A stretch of 25,668 bases of DNA. Origin: a candidate division WOR-3 bacterium RBG_13_43_14 (lineage in GTDB: Bacteria; Hydrothermota; Tepidihabitantia; SM23-42). Below are positions 17,635 through 25,492 of this stretch, piece by piece. Under the pieces are notes generated by a model. That model did no database searches, was not told the origin of the DNA, and saw only the letters and a list, made by a program, of their open reading frames with translations. Numbering within the stretch: the stretch's first letter is position 1; every line of letters starts with the position of its first letter. Location of the stretch: positions 1 to 25,668 of the forward strand of contig MEUM01000082.1 of the NCBI GenBank assembly GCA_001771735.1, written 5' to 3'. A program made the position numbers and the translations under genes.

Positions 17635-18234
17635 TTACCTCGCAGTTGTTGTTTCGAAACCTAAACTAGCCGTGAGAGTGAATTCCATCATTTCCTGTTT
17701 TTCGACAGCTTTTTTCTCCAGTACAGTGAGATCGACATTATTGATATATGGTGATTCTTCAAGACGGTTCATGAATTCAGCGACCAGCAGGTTCGAGGCA
17801 GTATATCCTTTCAAGGTCAATGCCGATTGGGTCGCATCGAGAGTCGTTAACCACGTGAATTCAGGCACACGACTGGATATTTCATCAAGAATATGGGCAA
17901 TAAAGAAACGGTTACGATTCAGTTCTTTTATCGGAGCAATAAGCGCAGCAAGCTCACGTTCTCGGCGTTCCAGACTATCGACGGTCGCCTTGTATACCTT
18001 AAGCTCTTCGAGCTTGGCATTCAGCTGTGAAATATTGTTGTTAAGGCTACCCATGCGACTCGTCTGAAGCAGCAACAGCACGACAATTATCAAGACAACG
18101 ATTGTGCCGCCAGCTATGTAGGCAAAGGTTGCCTGGATCGAAGGTAGTTTTATCCCTGCGCTTGGTGCTTTTGCTGCTTTGCGCTTTGGCGCCCCTCCTT
18201 TCTTGGCAGATGGCGCTAAATTTATTTTTATCAT
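17635..18234 (-). CDS. pilN: Type IV pilus assembly protein PilN
   Basis: MIKINL.P start, TM helix, coiled coil, ILDEIS..VP...WL, VAEFMNRLEESP. Confidence 0.92.
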   Translation of the reverse strand: MIKINLAPSAKKGGAPKRKAAKAPSAGIKLPSIQATFAYIAGGTIVVLIIVVLLLLQTSRMGSLNNNISQLNAKLEELKVYKATVDSLERRERELAALIAPIKELNRNRFFIAHILDEISSRVPEFTWLTTLDATQSALTLKGYTASNLLVAEFMNRLEESPYINNVDLTVLEKKAVEKQEMMEFTLTASLGFETTTAR

Positions 18235-19274
18235 TACTCCCCCCTTAAAGCCAAACCAGTGGCTTGGGCTAGGATTGGTCCAAGGACATCAGCCCCTTCT
18301 GGACCGAACATGGTTGGATCATAAATAATATTCTTGAAGGGATTTAATAATTCAATTTGTATACCAAGTCTGCGCTTCAAATATTCTACTAGATTCGGGA
18401 TCAGGGAGCCGCCGCCCGAGAAGAACATCCGGGACACTTTTTCTTCACCGGTAACACTGCTTAGGAATTGCAAGCTGCGTTCGATCTGGGTGCCGAGATC
18501 ACTGACAAAGGATTCAAAAACACCCTGAACCGAGTCTTGAGATGCGCCGACCGGGATCGTACCCTTCACGGCATTTGCCGCATCTTCATAATTAAAACCA
18601 ACTTCTTTCTGGAGTTTGCTGATAAAAGCATTTACTCCATAATAAACATCTCGGGCAGATAAAGATGAACCGCCTTTCATAACATTGATGACGGTCATGC
18701 CTGCGCCAATATGAATTAATCCGATGGTTTCGTCAGAGGTCGGTGAATAATTGAATTCATAAGCATTCTGTATGGCAAACGCGGTCGTATCGACGATTAT
18801 CGGTGTTAAATTCAGTTCTTTTAACAATGAACTTAAATTATTGATAAGTTCATTCTTGGCTGCAACCAGAATGACTTCCTGCTGGTTTTCGCCGAAATTT
18901 GGATTTACGATATCAAAATCAAGCGTGACCTCATTGATATCGAATGGAACGTATTGTTCCGCTTCCCATTTGATCTGCTCGCGTGTATCCGCTTCGTTCA
19001 TCCGGTCCATTGTAATTCTCTTAATGATTACATCTCGGCCGGCAAGTCCGATCACAACATCTTTGGTTGTGAAATTGCGACTTTCAAGTACAGTTCGGAT
19101 CGAATCTAAAACTGCCTCCCGATCAATAATCTCTCCCTCCACGATCGCATCAGGTAAGACCTTTGAAATCCCGTAATTAAGAAGTTTTTTATTCTTACCT
19201 GTACTAAGTTCTACCATTTTGGTTTGACTGGATCCAATGTCAAGACCGATAACCTTTTTTTTCTTTCCGAACAT
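18234..19274 (-). CDS. pilM: Type IV pilus assembly protein PilM, 346 aa from ATG 19274
   Basis: IGLDIGSSQTKMVEL, EAEQYVPF, SGGGS.IPNL, A.ATGLALRG. SD AAGGAG before ATG 19274. The ORF-track start at 19340 lies upstream of the promoter. Confidence 0.94.
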   Translation of the reverse strand: MFGKKKKVIGLDIGSSQTKMVELSTGKNKKLLNYGISKVLPDAIVEGEIIDREAVLDSIRTVLESRNFTTKDVVIGLAGRDVIIKRITMDRMNEADTREQIKWEAEQYVPFDINEVTLDFDIVNPNFGENQQEVILVAAKNELINNLSSLLKELNLTPIIVDTTAFAIQNAYEFNYSPTSDETIGLIHIGAGMTVINVMKGGSSLSARDVYYGVNAFISKLQKEVGFNYEDAANAVKGTIPVGASQDSVQGVFESFVSDLGTQIERSLQFLSSVTGEEKVSRMFFSGGGSLIPNLVEYLKRRLGIQIELLNPFKNIIYDPTMFGPEGADVLGPILAQATGLALRGE

Positions 19275-19305
19275 AATCACTCCTTGTTTTTGTACATTTC
19301 GTTCA

Positions 19306-19333
19306 ATTATATATATATTAGATAATCTGTCAA
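19306..19333 (-). promoter_or_regulatory. sigma70-type promoter of pilM containing a TA dinucleotide run
   Basis: TTGACA (19333-19328), 16-nt spacer, TATAAT (19311-19306). An 11-nt alternating TA run (19308-19318) spans the -10 and spacer. Confidence 0.75.
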
Positions 19334-19507
19334 GAGGCAATTAAAAGGGAAACCGTTAATCACTTAAAATATCGGTTTAGCGTGAATGGTCAATTTTATA
19401 ATAATTTCTGATAAAATCGGAAATCTTTGATTTCAGAGCTTTTAATAATTTTTTTGACGAAAATGAATAGTTCAAAATTCCTAACCTTTATCAAGTTATA
19501 TTTCCGA

Positions 19508-20611
19508 TCATTCCCGGAAATTAAAGGATGACCGGCATTTTTGTGTGAATCCGGCAAGTTTTCCCGATTTAATTGAGCTTCGTAACTGACCCATTAATTT
19601 TATATAAAAGTGTAGATTGTGGTAGCTGACCAGGCGTCCGGCCAATGCTTCGCCGGCATTGAAAAGATGCCGTATATAGCCCCGAGAAAAATTACGACAA
19701 GTAAAGCAGGTACATTCAGGATCAATCGGAGCCGTATCCTGAGCATATCGGCTCGCTTTGACTATGATTTTGCCTCCAGTAGTGAAGGCCATGCCAGTTC
19801 GTCCATTCCGGGTTGGCAGCACACAGTCGAAAAGGTCAACGCCCCGGCTTACTGCTTCTACAATATCTTCAGGATATCCAGCACCCATTAAATAGCGGAT
19901 TTTTTTAACTGGTATTTCCTGATTTACTTCAAAAACCATTTCCTGGGTCAGGCTGGAAGGTTCGCCGATCATTAATCCTCCGATACCATATCCGGGAAAA
20001 TCAAGATCAACGAGACGCCGTGCGCATTCGCGCCTTAAATCCTTGTAGGTAGCGCCCTGTATTATTCCAAAAATATTTTTGGTCGATCCTTTTATGCTGC
20101 GTTTTGCCCATTGCAGCGTACGTTCAACTGCTAATCGGGCATCGAGAACCGAAGATGGATAGCCAGTGAAAAAATCAAGGCACATTGCGATATCCGAACC
20201 AAGTTCTTTTTGTATGCTGACCGCGAGTTCGGGACTGAGAAAATGCCTGGAACCATCAAGATGTGATGAAAATTCAATACCATCATCGTTGACTTTCCGT
20301 AATGTATTTAACGAATAGGCCTGAAATCCTCCCGAATCAGTAAGAATAGCGCGGTCCCATGACATAAAGCGGTGGAGACCACCGAATTGCTTTATCAAAG
20401 GTGAGGTTGGTCGCAGCATTAAATGATATGTGTTGCAGACGATTATCTGTACGCCAATTTTTTTTAACGATGCTGGATCGATCATTTTTACCGTCGCCTG
20501 GGTCGCGACTGGCATAAAATTCGGCGTATCGACCGAGTAATTTTTTAGTTTAATTATACCAACCCGTGCGGCACTTGCCGGATCTTGATGGATTATTTTA
20601 AAGCGAATCAC
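19508..20611 (-). CDS. tgt: tRNA-guanine transglycosylase (bacterial type)
   Basis: TPNFMPVAT, NTYHL, TDSGGFQ, GIIQG, D.FDCVLPTRNGR, Zn site C.C..C and HNL. GTG start overlaps the upstream stop (GTGA). Confidence 0.96.
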   Translation of the reverse strand: MIRFKIIHQDPASAARVGIIKLKNYSVDTPNFMPVATQATVKMIDPASLKKIGVQIIVCNTYHLMLRPTSPLIKQFGGLHRFMSWDRAILTDSGGFQAYSLNTLRKVNDDGIEFSSHLDGSRHFLSPELAVSIQKELGSDIAMCLDFFTGYPSSVLDARLAVERTLQWAKRSIKGSTKNIFGIIQGATYKDLRRECARRLVDLDFPGYGIGGLMIGEPSSLTQEMVFEVNQEIPVKKIRYLMGAGYPEDIVEAVSRGVDLFDCVLPTRNGRTGMAFTTGGKIIVKASRYAQDTAPIDPECTCFTCRNFSRGYIRHLFNAGEALAGRLVSYHNLHFYIKLMGQLRSSIKSGKLAGFTQKCRSSFNFRE

Positions 20612-21738
20612 TTCATTACTTCTTTGCCCGCAAAACTACGATTGAGCGCGAATTCATTTATATCGTAGGGCGGTTTCCCATTTAATATATATTCCGCAGC
20701 TAGCCACCCGATCTCCGGTCCGAGCATAAAACCGTGGCCACACATGCCGCCGACGATCCAGAATCCTCTAATTTGTGTTTGATCAAGGATCGGATTGCCA
20801 TCTGGGGTCATTTCATATGAACCGGACCATTGGCGCATGATCTTGACTTTTTCAAGCTTGGGGATAAGCCGCGCCATGCGTCGTCCCATTTCTTTTGCGA
20901 ATTCAAAAGAAGTTCCAAGGTCAATACCTGGTACATTGGGTTTAGGTGTGTAGCACCCGATAATGCTGCCTTTGTGGTATTTCTGATTAAAATAGCAGCC
21001 GTCATCCCGATAGTCGACGATCATCATATCAAAAAATCTTTCGATCGGCTCGGTTATGATCGCCTCATGACGTTCCGGGTATATCGGGATATCAATATTC
21101 AATAACCGGGCGATACTACCGCAAAAAGGTCCAGCTGCATTGATCACGACTGGCGCATAATATTTCTCGCCGGTGCTGGTTGATATCGAATCAACCCGTT
21201 CATTTTTAATACCAATGCTTTGAACTTCGGTTCCAGTAAAAACTTTTCCCGAATGAGCAATATGGCGTGCGTAGGCATCAACTATCAAAAATGGATTTGC
21301 CTGACCATCACTTGGGCAATGTGCACCACCAAGCAATCCTTGCGTATTTATACCCGGTACTAGACGCTCAATTTCTTTTACATCGACATATCGGACATCG
21401 AGTTCCATTTCTTGCTGTAGTTTTATCAGTTCAAGATAGACCTGTTTCTTGTTTTCATCATGGGCAAGAAATAGATAACCTCCCGGATGGAACTCTACGT
21501 CCTGTTGTAATTCATTGGCCATTACTTTGAATTTCTTGACTGATTCCATGGCAACCTTAATGCTGAGTTCAGTTGAAAATTGCTGTCGGATACCTCCAAT
21601 ACAACGTCCGGTCGATCCGGCGGTCAGATAATCTTTTTCAAAAAGAAAAACCTTTAGTCCTTTTCGAGCTAAATAATAACCGGCGGCAGTGCCAATAATA
21701 CCACCACCGATTATTATAACATCAGCTGTATTGTCCAT
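20608..21738 (-). CDS. FAD-dependent oxidoreductase, DAO / sarcosine oxidase beta-like, 376 aa
   Basis: IIGGGIIG Rossmann motif, GSTGRCIGGIRQQF, WSGSYEMTPDGNPI, GHGFMLGP. Confidence 0.88.
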   Translation of the reverse strand: MDNTADVIIIGGGIIGTAAGYYLARKGLKVFLFEKDYLTAGSTGRCIGGIRQQFSTELSIKVAMESVKKFKVMANELQQDVEFHPGGYLFLAHDENKKQVYLELIKLQQEMELDVRYVDVKEIERLVPGINTQGLLGGAHCPSDGQANPFLIVDAYARHIAHSGKVFTGTEVQSIGIKNERVDSISTSTGEKYYAPVVINAAGPFCGSIARLLNIDIPIYPERHEAIITEPIERFFDMMIVDYRDDGCYFNQKYHKGSIIGCYTPKPNVPGIDLGTSFEFAKEMGRRMARLIPKLEKVKIMRQWSGSYEMTPDGNPILDQTQIRGFWIVGGMCGHGFMLGPEIGWLAAEYILNGKPPYDINEFALNRSFAGKEVMK

Positions 21739-21741
21739 GAT

Positions 21742-21792
21742 AAGTTCTAAATACTAATAACAAGCACTAAATTCTAAGCACGAAATCCTAAA
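21742..21792. repeat. Heptamer tandem array (CTAAAT/CTAAGC type)
   Basis: ..TTCTAAA TACTAAT AACAAGC ACTAAAT TCTAAGC ACGAAAT CCTAAA. Shares the 16-mer AAGCACTAAATTCTAA (21762-21777) with 23593-23608. Confidence 0.7.
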
Positions 21793-21894
21793 CCCCGTCA
21801 AATACAAAAAAAGATTATGGCTCATGCTGAAAAAACAGTTATTACCCTTATTGATATTATTCCCTTGTGATATATGCAATTTGAACGGGGTAAA
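21789..21894. mobile_element. ~100-bp MITE-like element with short terminal inverted repeats
   Basis: TAAA|CCCCGTCAAAT ... ATTTGAACGGGG|TAAA: TIRs differ by one indel, TAAA direct repeat on both flanks, AT-rich non-coding interior. Confidence 0.6.
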
Positions 21895-21917
21895 CAATAT
21901 TTAATTTCCAATTTTTT

Positions 21918-22047
21918 AAATTCCAAACAAATTCTAAGTCCCCCTCTATCCCCCTTTGTTAAAGGGGGATAGAGGGGGATTGTAAAAGATCTATTCATTG
22001 GGCCGGGATCAGCTTTTGGTTGAAGGATTTCGTATTTCGAGATTAGT
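21918..22047. repeat. 130-bp repeat, copy A, with a perfect 19-bp hairpin
   Basis: Direct repeat of 23648-23777 (offset 1730; 11 mismatches in 130 by hand count). Hairpin TCCCCCTCTATCCCCCTTT-GTT-AAAGGGGGATAGAGGGGGA (21939-21979). Confidence 0.9.
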
Positions 22048-22050
22048 ATT

Positions 22051-23301
22051 CTAGTATCCATACTGTGCAATAATCTCGTCTTTTTTCTTACCCAGGATCT
22101 GATACTTTGCACCGATCTTCGTGAATGCGGCGATCGCTTTATCAAGATGTTCTTTTTCGTGGGCAGCTGATACCTGTACTCGGATCCGCGCTTGCCCTTT
22201 AGGCACGACTGGGAATGAAAAACCGATTACATATATACCTTCTTCATAGAGATCGCGCGCCATATCCTGTGCGAGTTTAGCATTGTATAGCATTATCGGT
22301 ACGATCGGGTGAACGCCTTCACGGATATCGAATCCAGCGGCGGTCATTTTATCTCGGAAATATTTTGTATTTTTTTCAAGTTTGTCCCGACGGTCAGTAG
22401 TTTTAGAGATCAGATCGATTACTTTATTTGCCGCCGCAACAATAACCGGGGGCATGGTATTGGAAAATAAATAGGGACGCGCCCGTTGCCGGCAAAGATC
22501 CACGATCTCTTTTCGTCCGCTCACACATCCGCCGGACGCGCCACCTAGGGCTTTGCCCAAGGTTGTCGTAATGATATCGATACGCCCGATCACACCACAG
22601 TGTTCATGAGTACCTCGACCGTTTTTACCCATGAAACCGGTCGCATGAGAGTCATCAACCATGACCATTGCATCATATTTTTCAGCCAGGTCACAAATCT
22701 CGTCGAGCTTGGCAATATCACCATCCATTGAAAAAACACCATCAGTTATGATCATTCTCAATCGTAGGTTCTGGGTTTCCTTCAATTTTTCCTCGAGATG
22801 ATCCATGTTCGAATGCTTGTAATTATAAAGCTGGGCTTTACAAAGCCTCATTCCGTCAACGATCGATGCATGAACCAGCCGGTCAGAGATCATAGCGTCT
22901 TCTTTATCAAGCACGACATCGAAAACACCGGCATTCGCATCCATACATGAAGGAAAGAGTATGGTATCCTCAGTCCCGAGAAATTTGGTTAACTTGGTTT
23001 CGAGCTCCTTATGAATATCCTGGGTACCACAGATAAAACGCACTGATGACATACCGTAGCCACGTTCATTTAAACCTTGATGAGCGGCTTCGATGACTTC
23101 CGGATGACTTGATAACCCAAGATAATTGTTAGCACAGAAATTCAACACTTCCTTCGGTTTGGCGCCGACGGGAAACTCGACATTGATATTAGCTCCCTGG
23201 GGCGATTCGATATAACGTTCTTCTTTAAAAGTTCCGGCGGTATTGATGTTTTTCAATTCATTTGAGAAAAAATCCCGGGCTTTGTTGCTATAGGCCATCA
23301 T
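22051..23301 (-). CDS. kbl: Glycine C-acetyltransferase (2-amino-3-ketobutyrate CoA ligase), PLP alpha-oxoamine synthase family
   Basis: [58 protein letters not shown] (PLP Lys), [25 protein letters not shown]. Confidence 0.93.
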   Translation of the reverse strand: MMAYSNKARDFFSNELKNINTAGTFKEERYIESPQGANINVEFPVGAKPKEVLNFCANNYLGLSSHPEVIEAAHQGLNERGYGMSSVRFICGTQDIHKELETKLTKFLGTEDTILFPSCMDANAGVFDVVLDKEDAMISDRLVHASIVDGMRLCKAQLYNYKHSNMDHLEEKLKETQNLRLRMIITDGVFSMDGDIAKLDEICDLAEKYDAMVMVDDSHATGFMGKNGRGTHEHCGVIGRIDIITTTLGKALGGASGGCVSGRKEIVDLCRQRARPYLFSNTMPPVIVAAANKVIDLISKTTDRRDKLEKNTKYFRDKMTAAGFDIREGVHPIVPIMLYNAKLAQDMARDLYEEGIYVIGFSFPVVPKGQARIRVQVSAAHEKEHLDKAIAAFTKIGAKYQILGKKKDEIIAQYGY

Positions 23302-23307
23302 GACCTC

Positions 23308-23559
23308 CTATGCTACATTGAATTCTTTGAGTAGATTGATCATATTGTTTACTGAATCGAATGCCTCGGTCGTGGCTTTTTCATCCGGAATCGAGATCTG
23401 GAATTTTTTCTCAAGAAAGGTTTTAAGCGCTACCATTGAGAATGAATCAACGATGCCGCTTGAGATTAATTGAGTACTCTCATCAATCTCTTCTGAATCA
23501 TCATCCAGATATTCCTTTTTGACATAATCGATTATCAATTTTTTTAAATCGTCGCTCAT
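23308..23559 (-). CDS. Acyl carrier protein (phosphopantetheine-binding), 83 aa
   Basis: Acidic small protein with L.SSGIVDSF (Ppant Ser), FLEKKFQI.IPDE, F.SVN.M. SD GGAGG. Confidence 0.88.
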   Translation of the reverse strand: MSDDLKKLIIDYVKKEYLDDDSEEIDESTQLISSGIVDSFSMVALKTFLEKKFQISIPDEKATTEAFDSVNNMINLLKEFNVA

Positions 23560-23570
23560 TTTACCTCCCT

Positions 23571-23612
23571 CTAAAATTAAATTCTAAATCCTAAGCACTA
23601 AATTCTAAATAA
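23571..23612. repeat. Heptamer tandem array
   Basis: TTCTAAA TCCTAAG CACTAAA TTCTAAA directly upstream of the ACP ribosome-binding site. Confidence 0.7.
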
Positions 23613-23654
23613 TATCTTCAGCCTAAGGCTGATCCGCCTATGGCGGAAAATTCC
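23613..23654 (-). repeat. Double-hairpin intergenic repeat, copy 3
   Basis: Minus strand reads GGAATTTTCCGCCATAGGCGGATCAGCCTTAGGCTGAAGAT; two adjacent hairpins. Confidence 0.75.
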
Positions 23655-23777
23655 AAACAAATTCTAAATCCCCCTCTATCCCCCTTTATTAAAGGGGGAA
23701 GAAGGGGGATTATAAAAGATTTATTCATTGGGCTGGGATCAGCTTTTGGTTGAAGGATTTAGTATTTCGTGCTTAGT
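23648..23777. repeat. 130-bp repeat, copy B
   Basis: Direct repeat of 21918-22047; hairpin 23669-23709 has an internal mismatch bubble. Confidence 0.9.
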
Positions 23778-23779
23778 CA

Positions 23780-25486
23780 TTAGTCGTTCTCCAGTGTGCT
23801 GGTATCGCCGATCTCCTCGCCCCACTCTTTAGCCCGCAGCATTCGGCGCATGATCTTGCCGCTGCGCGTTTTAGGTAATGAAGATACGAATTCGATTGCC
23901 TGAGGCATGGCCAGCGGCGAAAGTTTTTTGCGGATAAAGTTCATAATATCGAGTTCTAAATCTGCGTTCGGCTCATGACCAGGTTTTAGAGCAATAAATG
24001 CCTTAACGACTTCCATGTTCACTGGGTCTGGTTTGCCGACCGCGGCGGATTCAGCAACCGCTGGGTGCTCGAGCAAAGCTGACTCGATTTCAAATGGTCC
24101 GACTAGATGACCAGCCGTATTAATAACATCGTCATCGCGACCCATGAACCAGAAATAGCCTTCGTTATCAATACTGGCACGATCGCCGCATATGTACCAA
24201 CCGTTCTTGAATTTTTCATCATATAATTTTTTGTTATTCCAGTAAGTGCGGAACATCGATGGCCAGCCAGGTTTGAGCGCGATCAAACCCACTGTCCCGG
24301 CGGTTTCTATCGGTTCAAATTTCTTTGGATCAACGACAACTGCAGTAATTCCTGGAAATGGTGTGCCCATGGAGCCTGGTTTTACCGTCATGCCAGGAAA
24401 GTTCGTGATCACTATCGCTCCGGTTTCAGTTTGCCAGTAGGAATCGTGAAAAGGTTTTTTAAATACTTCCTGCGACCAGATCACGGCTTCAGCATTTAGG
24501 GGTTCGCCAACACTTATCAAATGGCGCAGGCAGGACATATCATGAGCTTTGACCGGTCCTGCGCCTTCTTTCATTAAAAGACGGATTGCAGTCGGTGCTG
24601 TGTACCATATTGTAACCTTATGTCTTTCAATGAAACTATACCATTTATCAGTGTTGAATCCCGAATCTAGCACAACCTGAGTAACGCCACTTGCCCAGGG
24701 TCCAATGATTCCGTAGGATGTACCGGTCACCCAGCCCGGGTCAGCAGTACACCAATAAATATCATCGGTGGTCAGATCCAGTGCCCATTTTGCCGTTATA
24801 TGTTGAGCAATAAGCGATGAATGAACATGCATTGCACCTTTTGGTTTTCCAGTAGTACCGGATGTATAATGCAGCACCGAGGGAAATTCCGGACCAGCCT
24901 TATATATGTCGAATTTTTCATTCAATTGCGCTTTTTCCATATTAAAACTGATTTCAAATTTTTCGAGTTTTTTATTCCCCGCGTCGACCACGAATATATA
25001 TTTTAGATCAGGTAATTTATGAAGTATTTTTCTTACTTTTCTAATATGCTTCATAGTGGTAAATATCGCGCAGGTCGACGCGTCCTCAAGCCGGGTGAAC
25101 AGGGCTTCTTCACCGAATGCCGAGAACAACGGCTGAACAATGCCGCCCATTTTCAGCACTCCCAAAAAACTTATGTACAATTCCGGGATACGGTCCATGA
25201 ACAGGCATATTCTTTCCTCAGGTTTGATCCCATTATCGAGCAGGAATTGAGCGATTGCATTGCTGTACAATCTTATATCATTATAGGTATATTTTTTCTT
25301 GTTGCCCTGAAAACCCTCCCAGATCAAGGCTGTTTTGTCCGCCATTCCTTTTTCACAGATCCTCTCGCTGCAATAATACGCAAGATTGTACATACCATCC
25401 TTACCGTATTCGAGTTCTTTAACTGACAACTGCCATTCGAAATTTTTGTATTTTTCCTCATAAGAACCAATATTGCCCATCAACAT
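23780..25486 (-). CDS. acsA: Acetate--CoA ligase-like adenylate-forming enzyme (short AcsA type); start 25486 or 25480
   Basis: HYTSGTTGKPKG, YWCTADPGWVTG, SVGEPLN, YWQTETG, GRDDDVI, PKTRSGKIMRR. SD AAGGAGG is better spaced to ATG 25480. Confidence 0.9.
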   Translation of the reverse strand: MLMGNIGSYEEKYKNFEWQLSVKELEYGKDGMYNLAYYCSERICEKGMADKTALIWEGFQGNKKKYTYNDIRLYSNAIAQFLLDNGIKPEERICLFMDRIPELYISFLGVLKMGGIVQPLFSAFGEEALFTRLEDASTCAIFTTMKHIRKVRKILHKLPDLKYIFVVDAGNKKLEKFEISFNMEKAQLNEKFDIYKAGPEFPSVLHYTSGTTGKPKGAMHVHSSLIAQHITAKWALDLTTDDIYWCTADPGWVTGTSYGIIGPWASGVTQVVLDSGFNTDKWYSFIERHKVTIWYTAPTAIRLLMKEGAGPVKAHDMSCLRHLISVGEPLNAEAVIWSQEVFKKPFHDSYWQTETGAIVITNFPGMTVKPGSMGTPFPGITAVVVDPKKFEPIETAGTVGLIALKPGWPSMFRTYWNNKKLYDEKFKNGWYICGDRASIDNEGYFWFMGRDDDVINTAGHLVGPFEIESALLEHPAVAESAAVGKPDPVNMEVVKAFIALKPGHEPNADLELDIMNFIRKKLSPLAMPQAIEFVSSLPKTRSGKIMRRMLRAKEWGEEIGDTSTLEND

Positions 25487-25492
25487 GCCTCC

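Noticed and set aside
19275-19340. 22-aa N-terminal extension of PilM
   Set aside because: Covers the promoter; the SD lies before ATG 19274.
21822-22145. 107-aa minus-strand ORF containing PPLTKGDRGG
   Set aside because: It is a translation of the 130-bp hairpin repeat and overlaps the kbl end out of frame.
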